Below, piece by piece: positions 24,121-37,711 of a stretch of DNA of 64,000 nucleotides (its first letter is position 1; each line of letters starts with the position of its first letter). Source of the stretch: Octopus sinensis (taxonomy: Eukaryota); the NCBI RefSeq assembly GCF_006345805.1, contig NC_043005.1:40052001-40116000 (forward strand), in the 5' to 3' direction. Under the pieces are notes generated by a model. That model saw only the letters and a program-made list of their open reading frames with translations. It made no database searches and had not been told where the DNA came from. Both the position numbers and the translations under genes were made by a program.

Positions 24121-24589
24121 TGTATGTATGTATGTATTTATGTATGTATGTGTGTGTGTGTGTATACAAATGTGTGTGTGCGCTATGAAACCTGCGGCTA
24201 AGACATTAAAATCAACTTCACTTTGCTGTATAACAATGTACGAAAATATGGCTAATGATGTAAGAAAGATGCTGAGAGCTACATTAATGATGAAGTGGAA
24301 GGAAGTTGATAAAATCCTTTCAAACTTCAATTTAATAACGAGATCATTATTTTGATAACTTATTGAAAAGGTACAACACTGATTTACTGTTTACAGTTGA
24401 TAATAGTAAGTTGACATAAATTTACTTTAAATCTGCAATGGTACGTATAGATAATAGGACTGTAAAAAAAGTAACAAAAAATAAAGATAATCTCTATATA
24501 AATAGTCAAAATAGAGGAATGTACACTCAGTTATATATCATGCTAAGAACACTGGTTGCCACCACACAAAAAGAAAAATACAAGGTATA

Positions 24590-24900
24590 ACCGCGATAAA
24601 AGCGAAGCTTATTCACTTGTACAGCCAAGCGCCTCCTGAGCATAATCAGATACTTTTGCGAGTTGGGACGCTTATGAGGTCAGAAACTTCCCTATTCGCG
24701 GTCCAGCTCCTCCTAATGTTTCAAAAGCCACAAGCTAAAAAATGTAGTTTTCCGACAGATTACACTATTTCTGCTTCTTATTTCGTTCTGCTACGAAAAC
24801 AGTGATTCTTTACCTCCACCACAGCATTAATAATGAATGACAGAGCAAATGAGTAGCTACCTGTGGCGTGGGCTTCGAGTCCAAGGACAAAGGTGAGTCC
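24590..24900. promoter_or_regulatory. Candidate bidirectional promoter/first exons for head-to-head ZNF-B (-) and ZNF-C (+)
   Basis: CpG-containing patch with a perfect plus donor AAG|GTGAGT (GT at 24893) and minus donors GAG|GTAAAG (24813) and AA|GTGAAT (24616). Confidence 0.55.
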
Positions 24901-25832
24901 AGCAAGTCTCTTCCTATTATCTCTGGACAATCCCATTTGTTCCAGAGTTTAGGATATTTACTCTGGCTAGAGCTCGTTTAATGATATTCAACGTGAAAGA
25001 TGCAGTAAAAATGAAAATATAGTATTAGCAAAACATATTTCCACGACTTGACTTACATGTGCATGATAGGTACTACCCAAAACTGCTGGTTCTTGTGCCT
25101 AAATTAGAAACAATTATAGTATACTTGAGGTCAATAGATGTATGAAAGAGCTGCTTATGATGAGAGAACAAAATTTTGGATAACATCTTTTCTTTCACTA
25201 GCACTTTTCCATCGCCAACCCTACTAAATTTTTAAACATACTCGTAATATCAGGTCACATTAATTTAGCTCCAACTACTAGTTTCACGTGTAGAAGTGAC
25301 ACATTTGACACATTACCGCTTGACCTTAGTTGTAGGGGCTGCAGCAAAACTCGTGTACGTAATTTTTATCCTTCATATAATAGCCGCCCACCCCCTCTCC
25401 ACGTAGCTAGCCTTGAGTTCATATTTATCGTTATATTCCGAGTTATAGTAGTATTTTTTTTACACCTGTTAGACTATTTTGTTTTTGGTATTCTTTCTCG
25501 TATTTTCAATATGTTCCCACTCAAATATTGATTTCTGGTTACATAACTTTACGCATGTCTGTTTATATTCGTGGGTAAGTTTAGGAGATTAACAGACGAC
25601 AGAATTAACGATGTTCAAACATATATACGCACAATGTCTTTTGAATTATGATTTAATTTTTTGTTTATAATTTGCTTACATAAATTAGGTGCTCCTTTAG
25701 AAATGCAATTTTTAAAAAGTTATGAAAATGGAAAATATATACAAAATAAATGATGTATGCAAAAAATTAGAAAGATTAATCCATTTTAAAATATTTTATA
25801 CTAAAAAATAAAACAAACGAGAAACAGCCCAC

Positions 25833-25971
25833 GGACATATGGCGTAATGGTCAAGAGCGCGGGCTACTAACCCCAAGATTCCGAGTTCGATTCCAAGCAG
25901 TGACCTGAATAATAATAACAACATTGAAAAATGCCTTAGGAATAAGAATCCAGGTTCGAAATTTCCCCAAG
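25833..25971 (+). mobile_element. Truncated tRNA-derived SINE (octopus OR1-like)
   Basis: A-box tggcgtaatggt and B-box gagttcgattcc, followed by an (aat)n spacer and a non-tRNA body. Confidence 0.85.
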
Positions 25972-27374
25972 ATTAATTTTTATTCTTTCATTTCTAACTT
26001 ATTTATTATCGTTTTGTAATATCAGAGTCACTTAGCATTTCTCATCTTCTGTTCCTTTTAATCAACGACCTTAGCCTATAGTCATTGGTAATTCCACATT
26101 AATGTTTTGTTTTATTGTACCACTTTCCTGAAATACTCTACAGTTATTTATCTCATCTTTGAATTTGCCCATAAATCTGTGCTATATTTCACCCTTGCAT
26201 TTGATACCTAAATACACTTGAATTTATATTCAGTTTCTTGTAGAAATAAATTATTCTCTGACCTTCTTTATATGAAATCTTTACATCATTCTTGAAACAA
26301 ATGCACCTACGGTCATATTTGACTAATGGTTCCTTTATAGTATACATCATCCACCAGTTCCTCATTAAATTCATATTCTTTTGAAACTTCTGAATATACT
26401 GTAATGCTTAACAAATTAAAATGCTTTGGTGCCATTTTATTCTCTGTTTTATCTTCGTTTATCCCCTTCACTAATACCCAAAACATTTTATTCTCATAGT
26501 TACTCTTCCAGTTTCTATAAATGAACACTGCTAACGGGTCATTATTTCACTTTTATCTTTGTATTCATATACATAGAGAAATGTTTCTGAAATTCCAGTG
26601 ACTTATAGTAAATTCCCTTTTATCCACTGTCTGTATCCTCTCTCGTGCTCCCCTTCTTGTACCTTGAGAGTTTGCTCTGCACCTCATCACTACTATTTCT
26701 ATGATCTTCCCAGCTACAGCTACCCTTGTATAATGTAGGGGTAACTATATATCTCTTCTATAGCAAGACACCTGTACTTGTCCCTCTATCATACTTTAGT
26801 CTCTCAGCAGATGGTATAAAGCCTCTCTGAAATACTCCCCATCACAGTTGTATGAGCCTTCTTCCTTTTCCTTATTCATTTTCTGTATTGCAAATTGGTG
26901 ACCTCACTTGTGTCAGTGACACAAAAACAAGCACTCAGTATACACTGTAAAGTGTTTGGTGTTAGGAAGGGCATCCAGCCATAGAAATCATACCAAAACT
27001 GACAGTGGAGTTTGACATGGCCCTGCAGCTGGCTGGTCCCTGTCAAACCATTTGGCCCAAGCCAGTATGGAAAATGGACATTGATTTACTATGATGATGA
27101 TCATCATCATCATTGTCATCATAAAGTAAGCTGACTTTTTCAGTGTTTTATTTTTTTCATTGATTTTTATCTTTGTACCAAATATTCTGAAGATACTGTC
27201 TCATAGTCTCATAACTTGGGTTAATTTCTAAAATTGCAATGACATGATAAAAGTTCAGTTCCTCAAGTTTTCTTTTTACTACATCAAAATTACCACTCAT
27301 AAAAGTGTTTACATTACTGAGCAAAATTTTTAAATAATTAGCATTACTAATATATTTTACTTAATTTGTTTTAG

Positions 27375-27436
27375 AGTTTGACTCATGCTGAAAAGTGCTG
27401 TTGAAAAGTTATAATGAATAACATCAGAAACCTCTG
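27375..27436 (+). other. Candidate 5' UTR exon of ZNF-C
   Basis: ttgttttag acceptor and CTG|gtatt donor. Weakly similar to 10946-11000. Confidence 0.4.
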
Positions 27437-27489
27437 GTATTATCATGCATATCATAGTAATTTACATATTATTGTAATGATTGGGACAC

Positions 27490-27950
27490 AAAACTCTACA
27501 TGTGAAGACCTGTTGAGGCAAGTGAGAAATCGAAAGCGATCAAACTCTACTTGTGTAGACCTGTTGAGGCAAGTGAGAAATCAGAAATCAAAATCGAAAG
27601 CGATCAACATCAATGGAAATTGTAGCTGTGATACCGGTGCCGGGGGCACGTTAGAGAACCATCCTAACGTGGCTGTTGCCAGACTCGCCTGGCCTCCATG
27701 CTGGTGGCACGTAAAAAGCACCATCCGATCATGGCTGTTTGCCAGCCTCATCTGGCACCTGTGTCGGTGGCACGAAAAAAGCACCCACTACACTCACGGA
27801 GTGGTTAGCATTAGGAAGGGCATCCAGCCGTAGAAACATTGCCAGATCAGACTGGGCCTGGTGCAGCCTTCTAGCTTCCCAGACCCCAGTTGAACCGTCC
27901 AACCCATGCTAGCATGGAAAGCGGATGCTAAACGATGATGATGATGATGA
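27490..27950 (+). mobile_element. RTE-derived 3' UTR repeat with internal duplications and (GAT)n tail
   Basis: gacctgttgaggcaagtgagaaatc occurs twice, ggcacgtaaaaagcacc modules are present, and it ends ccatgctagcatggaaagcgg...gatgatgatg. Confidence 0.9.
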
Positions 27951-29098
27951 TATGCCTGATGATAATATAATGGAAATGTTATTTTAAATGTTTCATGCCA
28001 AACCATGTGACATAACATAACACCATTTCATCTTCCCTCTCCTCCATCCTCCTGTGTTTCAAAAGTGTCCTCTCATGTTCTCTTTGTTACTAAGAATTTG
28101 TGTTTTTAGTTGGATTGAGGAATTTTGAGAAGTTGTTCAGAATATGCACATTGACCTCAGATTTTAGCATCCTGGACAATCACCTAGTTTGCCTAATATG
28201 TAGTGTAGGCCCTGTTCCCCACACACCTCTGTTGACCTTCTGTTTGCTTGTAGCAACTCCACATTTACCTCACCTCCCCTCTTCACTATCAGTATGTTGC
28301 ATTTCCAAATATTTTCAGAAAAATTTTCCAGAATCCATGATTCACTGAGGAACCTGTTATGCTGTTACTTGACCTGCAAAAAATAGCAACTAGATTTCTC
28401 TCAAATTACACTTGCTTTCTTAAAATAGACAGTATGATCATAGGTGTTATGCTTTATCTCACAGGCTTGCTCAGTCATGGTTGGATAAGAGTAAAACACT
28501 CAATAATGTTTCTAGAGAGGAAACAATGTTATCATCCACTATTCTGTAGTTTAACATTTATAATCTGAAGGTGTAGATCTAGATTGTAAATATATAGATT
28601 TTATGCAAGATTTGCATGTATTTATGATGTATTTTTTTTTATAACAGATTAAAACTTTAGGTTTAATTGTTCAAAGACAAGTATATATCTAATTTGCCAA
28701 TATAGAACTGTTGAAAAATCTCTACTGTCGAATCTCCACAATTTAAGTACCTGCTTTATCTTATACTGATTCTCTATTATTTCAGGATATTAGATGGCAT
28801 TTGGTATTGAAGAATTTTTCCATCAGATGCTTCAAGAATATTAACATCTTTTAAAGACTGAAGGATGATGTCATACAGAATAGATATAACCCTGTTTATA
28901 TAAATCTCTGACTGAGTTACTGTTTAGAAGATGTACAAGAAAATATTGCATTTTAATTAAATTTGGACTTATTTACTAAGGAGTTCACAGCAGCTTCAGA
29001 TGTTGACAAAGATCACAACTGATAGCAGTAAACATATTTGTTAGGAATACAAGATAAAAGAAAAGAGGAAAATATGCTGTCGTGAAAGAAGAAAAATT

Positions 29099-30517
29099 AT
29101 GGAAAATGAATTATGTGAGAATCAAGTTAAATGTATAACGCAAACTAAACAAATCGATTTTCCTGATAATATGATGCTACAAGAGATAAGAAAATCTTTA
29201 TACCTCTGTGATATCTGTAATAAACCATTCTCTCAAAAAGGTCACCTCACCACTCACAAACGTATTCACACAGGAGAGAAACCATATCATTGTGATATCT
29301 GTGGTAAATCATTTTCTCAAAGAAGTCCTTTAACAACTCACAAACGCATTCATACAGGGGAGAAGCCATATCACTGTGATATCTGTGGTTACTCATTCTC
29401 CACAAAAAGTCACTTAAATACTCACAAACGTATTCATACAGGAGAAACTCCATATCATTGTGATATCTGTGATAAATCATTCTCTGAAGGAGGTAAATTA
29501 AATAAACATAAATTCATTCATACTGGAGAGAAACCCTATCACTGTGATACATGTGGTAAATCATTCTCTACAAGAAGTCATTTAATCACTCATAAACGCA
29601 TTCATACAGGAGAAACTCCATATCACTGTGACATTTGTGGTAAATCTTTCTCCGTAGGAGGCAATTTAACTAAACACAAGTACATTCATATAGGAGAGAA
29701 GCCATATCACTGTGATATCTGTGGTAAGTCCTTCTTTCAAAGAGTTCATGTTACTTCTCACAAACGTACTCATACAGGTGAGAAACCACATCACTGTGAT
29801 ATCTGTGGTAAATCATTCCCTGAAAAATGTCATTTAACTACTCACAAACATATTCATACAGGGGAAAAACCATATCACTGTGATATCTGTGGTAAATCAT
29901 TCTCTCAATCAAGTTACATAACTATACACAACAGACGTATTCATACAGAAGCAAAACACAAAAATACAAGTGAAAAACCATACCATTGTGATATCTGTGG
30001 TAAATCATTTGCTGAAGCAAGCTACTTAACCTCTCACAAACGCATTCATACTGGTGAGAAACCCTATCACTGTGATATCTGTGGTAAATCATTCTCTGGA
30101 AGAAGTAATTTATCTAAACACAGACATATACATACAGGAGAAAAGCCATATCACTGTGATATCTGTGGTATATCGTTCTCTCAAGCAGGGCACTTAACAA
30201 CTCACAAGCACATTCACACAGGAGAAAAGCCCTATCACTGTGATGTGTGTGGTAAATCGTTCTCCCAGACCAGTCACTTAACTATTCACAAACGTATTCA
30301 CACTGGTGAAAAACCATACCACTGTGATATTTGTGGTAAATCATTCTACCAAAATAGTGATGTAACTAAACACAAACGTATACACACAGGAGAGAAGCCA
30401 TATCATTGTGACAGTTGTGGTAAATCATTCTCTGAAGGAAGGTTCTTATCTAAACACAAACATATTCATAGAGGAGAAAAACCCAAACAAAACAATATTT
30501 ATTCAATTATTCAGTAG
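29099..30517 (+). CDS. C2H2 zinc-finger protein ZNF-C, 472 aa, 15 fingers; paralog of ZNF-A
   Basis: ORF track. Leader [26 protein letters not shown]. Acceptor ctattatttcag|GATATT with the exon starting at 28786. Confidence 0.95.
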   Translation: MENELCENQVKCITQTKQIDFPDNMMLQEIRKSLYLCDICNKPFSQKGHLTTHKRIHTGEKPYHCDICGKSFSQRSPLTTHKRIHTGEKPYHCDICGYSFSTKSHLNTHKRIHTGETPYHCDICDKSFSEGGKLNKHKFIHTGEKPYHCDTCGKSFSTRSHLITHKRIHTGETPYHCDICGKSFSVGGNLTKHKYIHIGEKPYHCDICGKSFFQRVHVTSHKRTHTGEKPHHCDICGKSFPEKCHLTTHKHIHTGEKPYHCDICGKSFSQSSYITIHNRRIHTEAKHKNTSEKPYHCDICGKSFAEASYLTSHKRIHTGEKPYHCDICGKSFSGRSNLSKHRHIHTGEKPYHCDICGISFSQAGHLTTHKHIHTGEKPYHCDVCGKSFSQTSHLTIHKRIHTGEKPYHCDICGKSFYQNSDVTKHKRIHTGEKPYHCDSCGKSFSEGRFLSKHKHIHRGEKPKQNNIYSIIQ

Positions 30518-31160
30518 AAATCACATCACTAGTAGCTCTGACAAATCATTCGCTGAAAAAGTTGCATAACTCTTCACATATGCACTCATAAAAGAGGAAA
30601 AAAACCTCATATCATTGTGATATCTTTCATTAATAATTCTCTCAATCAAGTTACATGACTATACATAACAGACATATTCATACACAAAATTATAAGTGAA
30701 AAGCCATATCCTATGGTATATTGTTCTCTCAAGCCATTTAATCATTTGCAAATGTATTCATACAGGAGAGAGACAGTATCTGTAGTAAATCATTTAATCA
30801 AATTTGTAATGTAACTAAGCACAAATTTATTCAAAGTGGAGAGAAACCATATTGTTATGATGGTGACAATCATTCTCTGAAAGAGGGTTAACTACTCACA
30901 AACATTCCATTCACTCAATAGTTATTTGACTGCTAACATACTTATACAGATAAGAAACCATGTTACTGTAATATCTTGTATATATATCATTCTTTGCAAC
31001 AAATCATTTAACTACACAAGTGCTTTCACACAAGAGACAAAACGTAATTCAGTAATATCTGTGATAATTATTTTTCTCAATCAAGTAACATAGTTTATGA
31101 AAAAAATGTATTTTATATAACCATAAATATATTCACAGAGAAAAGAAAACACAACAGTGT
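30518..31160 (+). pseudogene. Decayed zinc-finger repeats in the ZNF-C 3' UTR
   Basis: Remnants such as tatcattgtgatatc, ctctcaatcaagttacatgactatacataacagacatattcatac, cataCAGGAGAGA and ggagagaaaccata, with indels and stops. Confidence 0.85.
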
Positions 31161-33232
31161 GATAACTTCCGAACAGTGTAGTTTATATAACTACAGTTAT
31201 ATCTACATTGGTGATAATTTTAATAAAATCATTCAGGATTTTCAAAATGATCTTGTAATTTCCACATTGACTTTACAGCAAGAGCCTTAAGCTAGTAAAG
31301 TTGAAAGATCACTTTCTAACTTGTTTCATTTAGGATGTGTGAACTTCTTCAATGAATTTTAGACAGTAATGATAATAATAAAGTTGCTAAACACTCCTTT
31401 TTGCATATAAAATTATACTAAAATAATGTCAGTGTTTGTTATGAGATGTATTTTTTTCCTGAATTTTCTTACCCATACTTATAGGTCCACATTATTCACA
31501 AGTGAATATTAAACATCACAAATAAGTATGGTATTTTCTTCAAGGAGAACAGATGCTCTTATTCAACATTGTAAATGACTGAGAAATATATTCGCATATA
31601 AGAGGGATAACACCATTGTACTGCTATTATGCTACAAACAGAAAAAACATAAAATATATTTCATCAGACCATCATCATTATTTGATATTTGCATTCCATG
31701 CTGGTTCAACAATCCAACAGAGAACTGTATTGAGCTCCAGTGTTTTCTTTGGTACAGATTCTACGGCTGGCTAACCCTCCTGATACCAGCCACTTTCCAG
31801 AGTGTACTGAGTGCTTTTTACATGGCAGCATCATTAGTGAGGTCATTAAGTAACTCCCAAGAAAACTGAGTTTGGGTGCAGTAGTGACATGGTTTTGTGC
31901 CAGATATTTAGAGGCTGAAGTATGAAACAGAGACAGGACCAATATCCTGCTATAATGAAGATTCATCACAACCTCGGTTGAAAAGGGATAAAAGATGGTG
32001 GAGATGAGGTGTCAGCATGTGCTCTCAAGATACAAGAAGGTGGATACAAGGAGAACAGAGATGGAATTGAGGATGGATGTGTAAGTTCATGAAAGTGTGA
32101 AAGGAGAATGACAGAGATGGAGATAGAGGTGAATGGTGAACAAAAGTGGAAATGTGGTCACTGGCGAGAAGGTGAAGGAAAATATGGGTGAGTTAGGGAA
32201 GAAGAGTTAAGTGACAGTATATAAAGGGTTGGGGAAATAGAGAGCAACTATAATAAAATTATAGGTTGATGAGAAATATGGAGATGATGTGAAGTCTAGT
32301 GGGAAGAAAAAGAGATGCACAGTGACAGAAATGGTGGTTAGAGGTACATAGGGGAGGATATAGTGATTGACAAATAGGTGGGTTGGGGCCAATAGGCACG
32401 AGAAGATATTCAGAGTAAAGTAGCATTCAGTGGAAAATAAAGTGGTAACAGGTGGGAGACAAGTGAAAGAGTTCCAAGGTGGTGAGAGTAATTGATAACA
32501 TAAAAATGGGGATGAAATGTGAGTTTTACTAATATAACAATAGCTGAAGAAATAGAAATAGTACTGTCATTTGAAGGGAGAGGAGTGATGGATGTTACAA
32601 AGATGAGATGAGTGGAGTGGCTTAATGGGTAGACTGGGTGCAGGGCCATAGTCACAAACAATATGTTTTTAGGACCTTTGTTGAGATGGAGAGGTCTTCT
32701 TGGGTATTGCAAGTCAGCAATCCTCTCTGCCTTTCGTCATCTGTAGGGTTCAACAACTTGAGATCAGTTTTTACTACTCTGTCCCATGTCTTCCTGGGTC
32801 TCCCTCAGGTTCCATTCAATGATGAGTATTTCTTTAGGCAGCTAGCCATATGCATCACATCATCATACATGCATGGGCTTCTCTCTTGCATGCCACATCT
32901 GATGCCTCTTATGCTCAGTTCTTCTCTCAACACATTTGCACTTTGTCATGTGCAGACTGGCATTGAACATCCAGCAGAGAATGCTTGCTTCATTACATTT
33001 TAGTCTATAATAAAATATATGACCTGTATTATTCTCAATAATATATTTTATACATCTTACATACAATTTGTTTTTATGCATTTTGTATATGTTTATCCTA
33101 TGAAGGGAATGATTTTATTAAGGTCTATATTTAATAATTTTTATTTTCATTCATGGTATGATTATTTCATAGGCAAATCATCATAATGGAAGCTACCAGC
33201 CAAATTTCACTTTTGTCAAATATAGGCAAATA

Positions 33233-33845
33233 CGAGGGGCGTTCAATAAGTAATGCCCCTGACCCACTTCCCATAGCAGTAGAGCAACGAAACTTGGCAC
33301 AGTTATTAGTCTTTTTCTACATAGGAACCACCAAGAGGTACGCATTTCTCCCATCATTTGATGCTGCTCTGGAGACCGTTTTTGTAGAAGACCCCAGCTT
33401 GGTCCTCCAACCACGATGTGACTTCAGAAATCAAGGCTGCATCATCTGGGAAATGCTTTCCTTTCAAAAACAACTTCATGGCTGGAAAGAGGAGAAAATC
33501 AGAGGGTGCAAGGTCAGGAGAGTAGGGGAGGGGTTCATAACTTGACGGACAGATGCCTCATCAATAGCAGAAGGGGGCGACCAGATCTGGGAGCTGTTTC
33601 CACAGAGTTCCGACCATGTTTGAATTCACGATGCCAGCGTTTTACAAGGTCATATGATGGGGCATCATCACCATAAGTTACTTTCATTTCATCAAAAGTC
33701 TCCCGTGGTGTGCGTCCTTTCAAATACAAAAACTGGATCACTGCTCGACACTCAACAGGCTCCATTTCACACTTGACTCAGTTCAAACACCTGTAAATCA
33801 GAAACTGCAAGTGGGTCAGAGGCATTACTTATTTAACGTCCCTCG
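33233..33845 (-). mobile_element. Internally deleted mariner element (613 bp)
   Basis: 34-bp TIRs cgaggggcgttcaataagtaatgcccctgaccca, TA on both sides. The HTH N-terminus (MEPVECRAVIQFL...) is joined directly to the SPDLAPSDF C-terminus near 33535. Confidence 0.95.
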
Positions 33846-34029
33846 TATCTAGCAAAAATATTGCTCAAAAGATTTCAAAAAATATTTGAACAAATCCTTC
33901 CTAAATGCCGATGTAGATTTTATATATGATCTTCACCTTGTGATAAATTCGAGAAAAGTGTGTCCTTTTCATTATATTCAGTGATTTTGTACAAAAGGAA
34001 CTATAAATATCATCATCAGAGTGTGTCAT

Positions 34030-34280
34030 CTTCAAGAGAACTGTAAAGAGTAGAACATGCAACTTCATCACTGCTTCATTGACCTCTCTAAAGTATCTGA
34101 CATTGTTAACAGAGATATATATATATTCTGAAAGATTTATAACAATGGGTTGGCCTGAGAAAGTTATTGCTCTTCTGGATTTGTGCTTGAAGGCAATTTT
34201 AAGGATTCCCTCTCTATGTCTCTCAACCATCTCCAATGCAAAATGGAGTCAGACAAGCAAATAATATCACACCTGCTATA
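34030..34280 (+). mobile_element. RTE RT fragment
   Basis: HCFIDLSKVSDIVNR and MGWPEKVIALL motifs. Confidence 0.55.
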
Positions 34281-34324
34281 TTGACAATATACTTTATTGT
34301 AATATTTCTCATAGCTTACAAATG

Positions 34325-34825
34325 TATGAGGTGGTGTCAAACGGTTTCTGCACTAGTTCTGTAGTGCACCAACAGATGCCAGCACAGAGTTGCGTGCACA
34401 GTGAAAGCTAGCAGTGACCTTCATGAGGCAGTGTGCCGAATGACATCAATGTGTTTACTTTTCAAGTTGTGTTTCTGCTATAGTCTGTGTTTTTACTATG
34501 GACAGGAAGTTGGAACAAAGAGCCAAAGTGAAATTTTATATTAAATCTGGGAAGTTTGCTACAGAGACACTGAGCATGCTTTGGCAAGCTTACAGTGACA
34601 AAGTAATGGTTCATACACAATGTTTCAAGTGGCACTTCTAAAGCAGAACAACGTCACTGGAAGATGATGAAGTGATCTAGAAGTCCTGCCACGAGCTTCA
34701 CCCCCAGAAATGTGAAGAAAATTCATCAGCTTGTGCATGAGGATCATCACAGAACAATCAATGATATTGCTGATGTTGGTCTGTCGTATGGGTCCAATGC
34801 AGGCAATCGTAACATCTGAATTGGA
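34325..34825 (+). mobile_element. Decayed mariner 5' half
   Basis: TIR-like tatgaggtggtgtcaaa, then MDRKLEQRAKVKF...SLEDDE...VHEDHHRTINDIAD. Confidence 0.8.
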
Positions 34826-35959
34826 CTGAAAATTCTCAATGATGGTTGTTACACAATTGAAGACATGAAATTTCACTTTTTAACCATATAATATTGTTAA
34901 AACTCAGTTTTGATACAAAAGCTGCAATAAAGTTGGTGAATTAACTTCCACTCTTCATGACATTATAAAACTTAACCCTAGAACAAATAAATGTATAATG
35001 CTCAAGAATTTGCCCTTTTTGATGTTTACAACAAAAAGCAGTTTCCCAAGAAATTAAGGAGACTCCATCTGGCTGTTGCAATGCTGTAGGAACAATAAAA
35101 ACCAAGCTGATGGTAACTGATAATAATGTTAACCTAAGCATCTTTAAACTGGTAAGAATTCTTCAACTTAATCATCATTGTAATATAAAATGGAAGATAA
35201 CTAAATTATTGTTTGGATGGTTGGAAAGTTTCTTCGTTTATGAGGTTAGGGAACACTGTAACTATGTTGGCCTTGATAAAAAGGTAAAATAATTTTGATA
35301 AGCACACCCTAAAATAAAACTTGAAATAGAAGGACATTAATAATGATGAGCCTGTTTTTTTATTAACCAACTGACCAAAATCAGTAGAGATTGTAAAACA
35401 AAGTAGGAAGAAACAAAACAATGAAGATAGTGTAGAAGAAAGATTTTGGATGTTTTCTGTTTGACCTCCACTTTTTGAAATTTTAAAATTCACTGAAAAT
35501 TTTAAAATTTGGTATATTGATGTAATTTTTCATGCTGAATTTGATGTTGTCATTCACTTGTATTACAGAGCTTTAAAGTTTGATCATTTTTATCCAATCA
35601 GAAAATGGGATTTGGAAGCTGGCATTTTGTGCATGATAACATTACAACAAAACATTCAATGACAGAAGTTTTAATAAGATTTGATGAATAAAGTTATGTG
35701 AATTGCTGGAACAGGTGTCAATTTTTCTTTTTTGTGAAAAATTACTAAAAAAAGAAAAGCTGAATGTTACTTTGAAAAAACTGTAGTTCAGTTCATGCAA
35801 ATAATACAAATTTTGTAGTGAAAATTCAAAAACGAAATTTTGTGATGGATTTTAGGAGTTTGTCAAATAAATTACAATTTTTGTGCCTCCTGTGCCACAT
35901 AAACTTGCAGAGATACAAGTCAGCCATAGAACAGTATCACAGTACCATTTATTACTTTG

Positions 35960-36400
35960 CTTTCCACTAGTTGCTTATGGATGCCATCTTTCGAGTTAAT
36001 AAATTCAACACTGGTTCACTATTCTATGTCAAAAATTGTAACCATCAGTTTCAGGAATGTGAGAGTAGGCCCTCCAAAAATCATTGAAAATTGTGGTTCC
36101 TAGAAGTGACTGACATATGCATTCCTCCAGTGTGCCACAATTCCATCAAGTCACTGCATAAAGCAAAAGATGTCTGGTCTTGTGACGCACTCCTCTGAAA
36201 ACCCACTACTCAGGTAGGAACTTTTTCTTGGACATATTTACATCTGAACTGGGGTGCAGAGCAGGTCCTCTGCACATATATCATGAACATAGCTGTTGTA
36301 ATCAACAGCTGTGCAGTAGCTCATCCCTAGTTCTTCAACACAAAACTGGACTGAAGTCAATTCCTTAACCCATGACTAAGAGGAAGGGTGTCATCTTTCA
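35960..36400 (-). mobile_element. Merlin (IS1595/ISXO2-like) transposase remnant
   Basis: LGMSYCTAVDYNSYVHDICAE...WVFRG...GTTIFNDFWRAY...HRIVN..EFI...GIHKQLVES, the decayed ISXO2 motifs. Confidence 0.75.
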
Positions 36401-37490
36401 ACCATGTATTTTTTATGACAGACATACATTCATTGCATCTTTTTCAGGAGAGCCACCAGTGAATGTTCCCACTGTGAATCTTTGTCTTCATATGTTTGTG
36501 CATAATTTTTTTTTTTGAGAGATAATACCTTCCTCTTGTAAGAAACTGCATCCTCCTTGGTTTTCAATTTCTTCATTGTATTTGAAAGGTTAAATGAGTT
36601 AACAGTAACAGATGGTTGAAAGCAGACTATACTTGTTACTATGGAAACAGGCACCAATATCTGTGGCTTTTGAATGGCAAAAATTATCCAACATTTGTAG
36701 AGTTTAAAAGCTATAAACTTTTGATTTATTAATTTGTGGCAAAAATGACTTTCATTTCCATAATTAATATACAAATCTACATCAGTACATCAAATTGGAA
36801 ATCAATTGGAAAAAAATTAAAGGAAGTGAAAAGTGAAAACCAAACAAAAAAGATCTAAGATTTTTTATGGATAAATATACCTGACAAGTGATTTAATAGC
36901 AAGACTAAATCAAAGACTTTATAACAAGAAATCATGTCCAGTTTATTTGAGTCAAACAAAATTAATACCAGAGCAAATTATATTGCAACAATAACCAAAA
37001 CTCATTCTAGAATACAAAAGTCCACTTTCCAGCACCTAATATATCCCTAATGTGCAAGTAGACTTAGGCCTATCTGATGACCATATATAACTGAAAAGAG
37101 ATGGTAAGACCATTTCTATAGGGGTCAATTTGTGTTTACAGGAATTTTTCAGTGGTCTGGCAATGGAAAGCCCCCAATTTGCCAGATTTAAGAGTCAAGG
37201 ATGTCATATTTTGTTATCGCAGATTAGCACATATGTGCTTTGGCAATGGCAGCCAATCAGAACCGGTTGTGTATCTATAAAAGCGGCAGTGATCAGAACA
37301 GTGGAGTGCACCTTTTGGCAGTTAGTCAGCAGAAGACCTCAATGCCATGACCATCAGTGAAGAGCTGCACAACCGTCAGTGAATAGATCCTACAACTGTC
37401 AACAAACAGTGCTGCACAGCCATCAGCAAATAGATCTCCATGACCGTTGGCGAACAGATCCTATAACCGTCAGTGAACAGAGCTTTATAA

Positions 37491-37711
37491 GGCGGCGAGC
37501 TGGCAGAAACGTTAGCATGCCGGGCGAAATGCTTAGCGCTATTTCGCCCACTGTTACGTTCTGAGTTCAAATTCCGCCGAGGTCGACTTTGCCTTTCATC
37601 CTTTCGAGGTCGATTAAATAAGTACCAGTTATGCACTGGGGTCGATATAATCGACTTAATCCATTTGTCTGTCCACTCTGTGTTTAGCCCCTTGTGGGTA
37701 GTAAAGAAATA
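37491..37711 (+). mobile_element. OR2-like SINE with 10-bp TSD
   Basis: TSD gaacagagct at 37475-37484 and 37712-37721. Confidence 0.92.

Noticed and set aside
25833-25905. tRNA gene
   Set aside because: A and B boxes are present, but it continues into a SINE body with no closing acceptor stem or T-run terminator.
37350-37490. CRISPR-like array (also 17579-17800)
   Set aside because: Contiguous degenerate tandem repeats without unique spacers, in eukaryotic context, with no cas genes.
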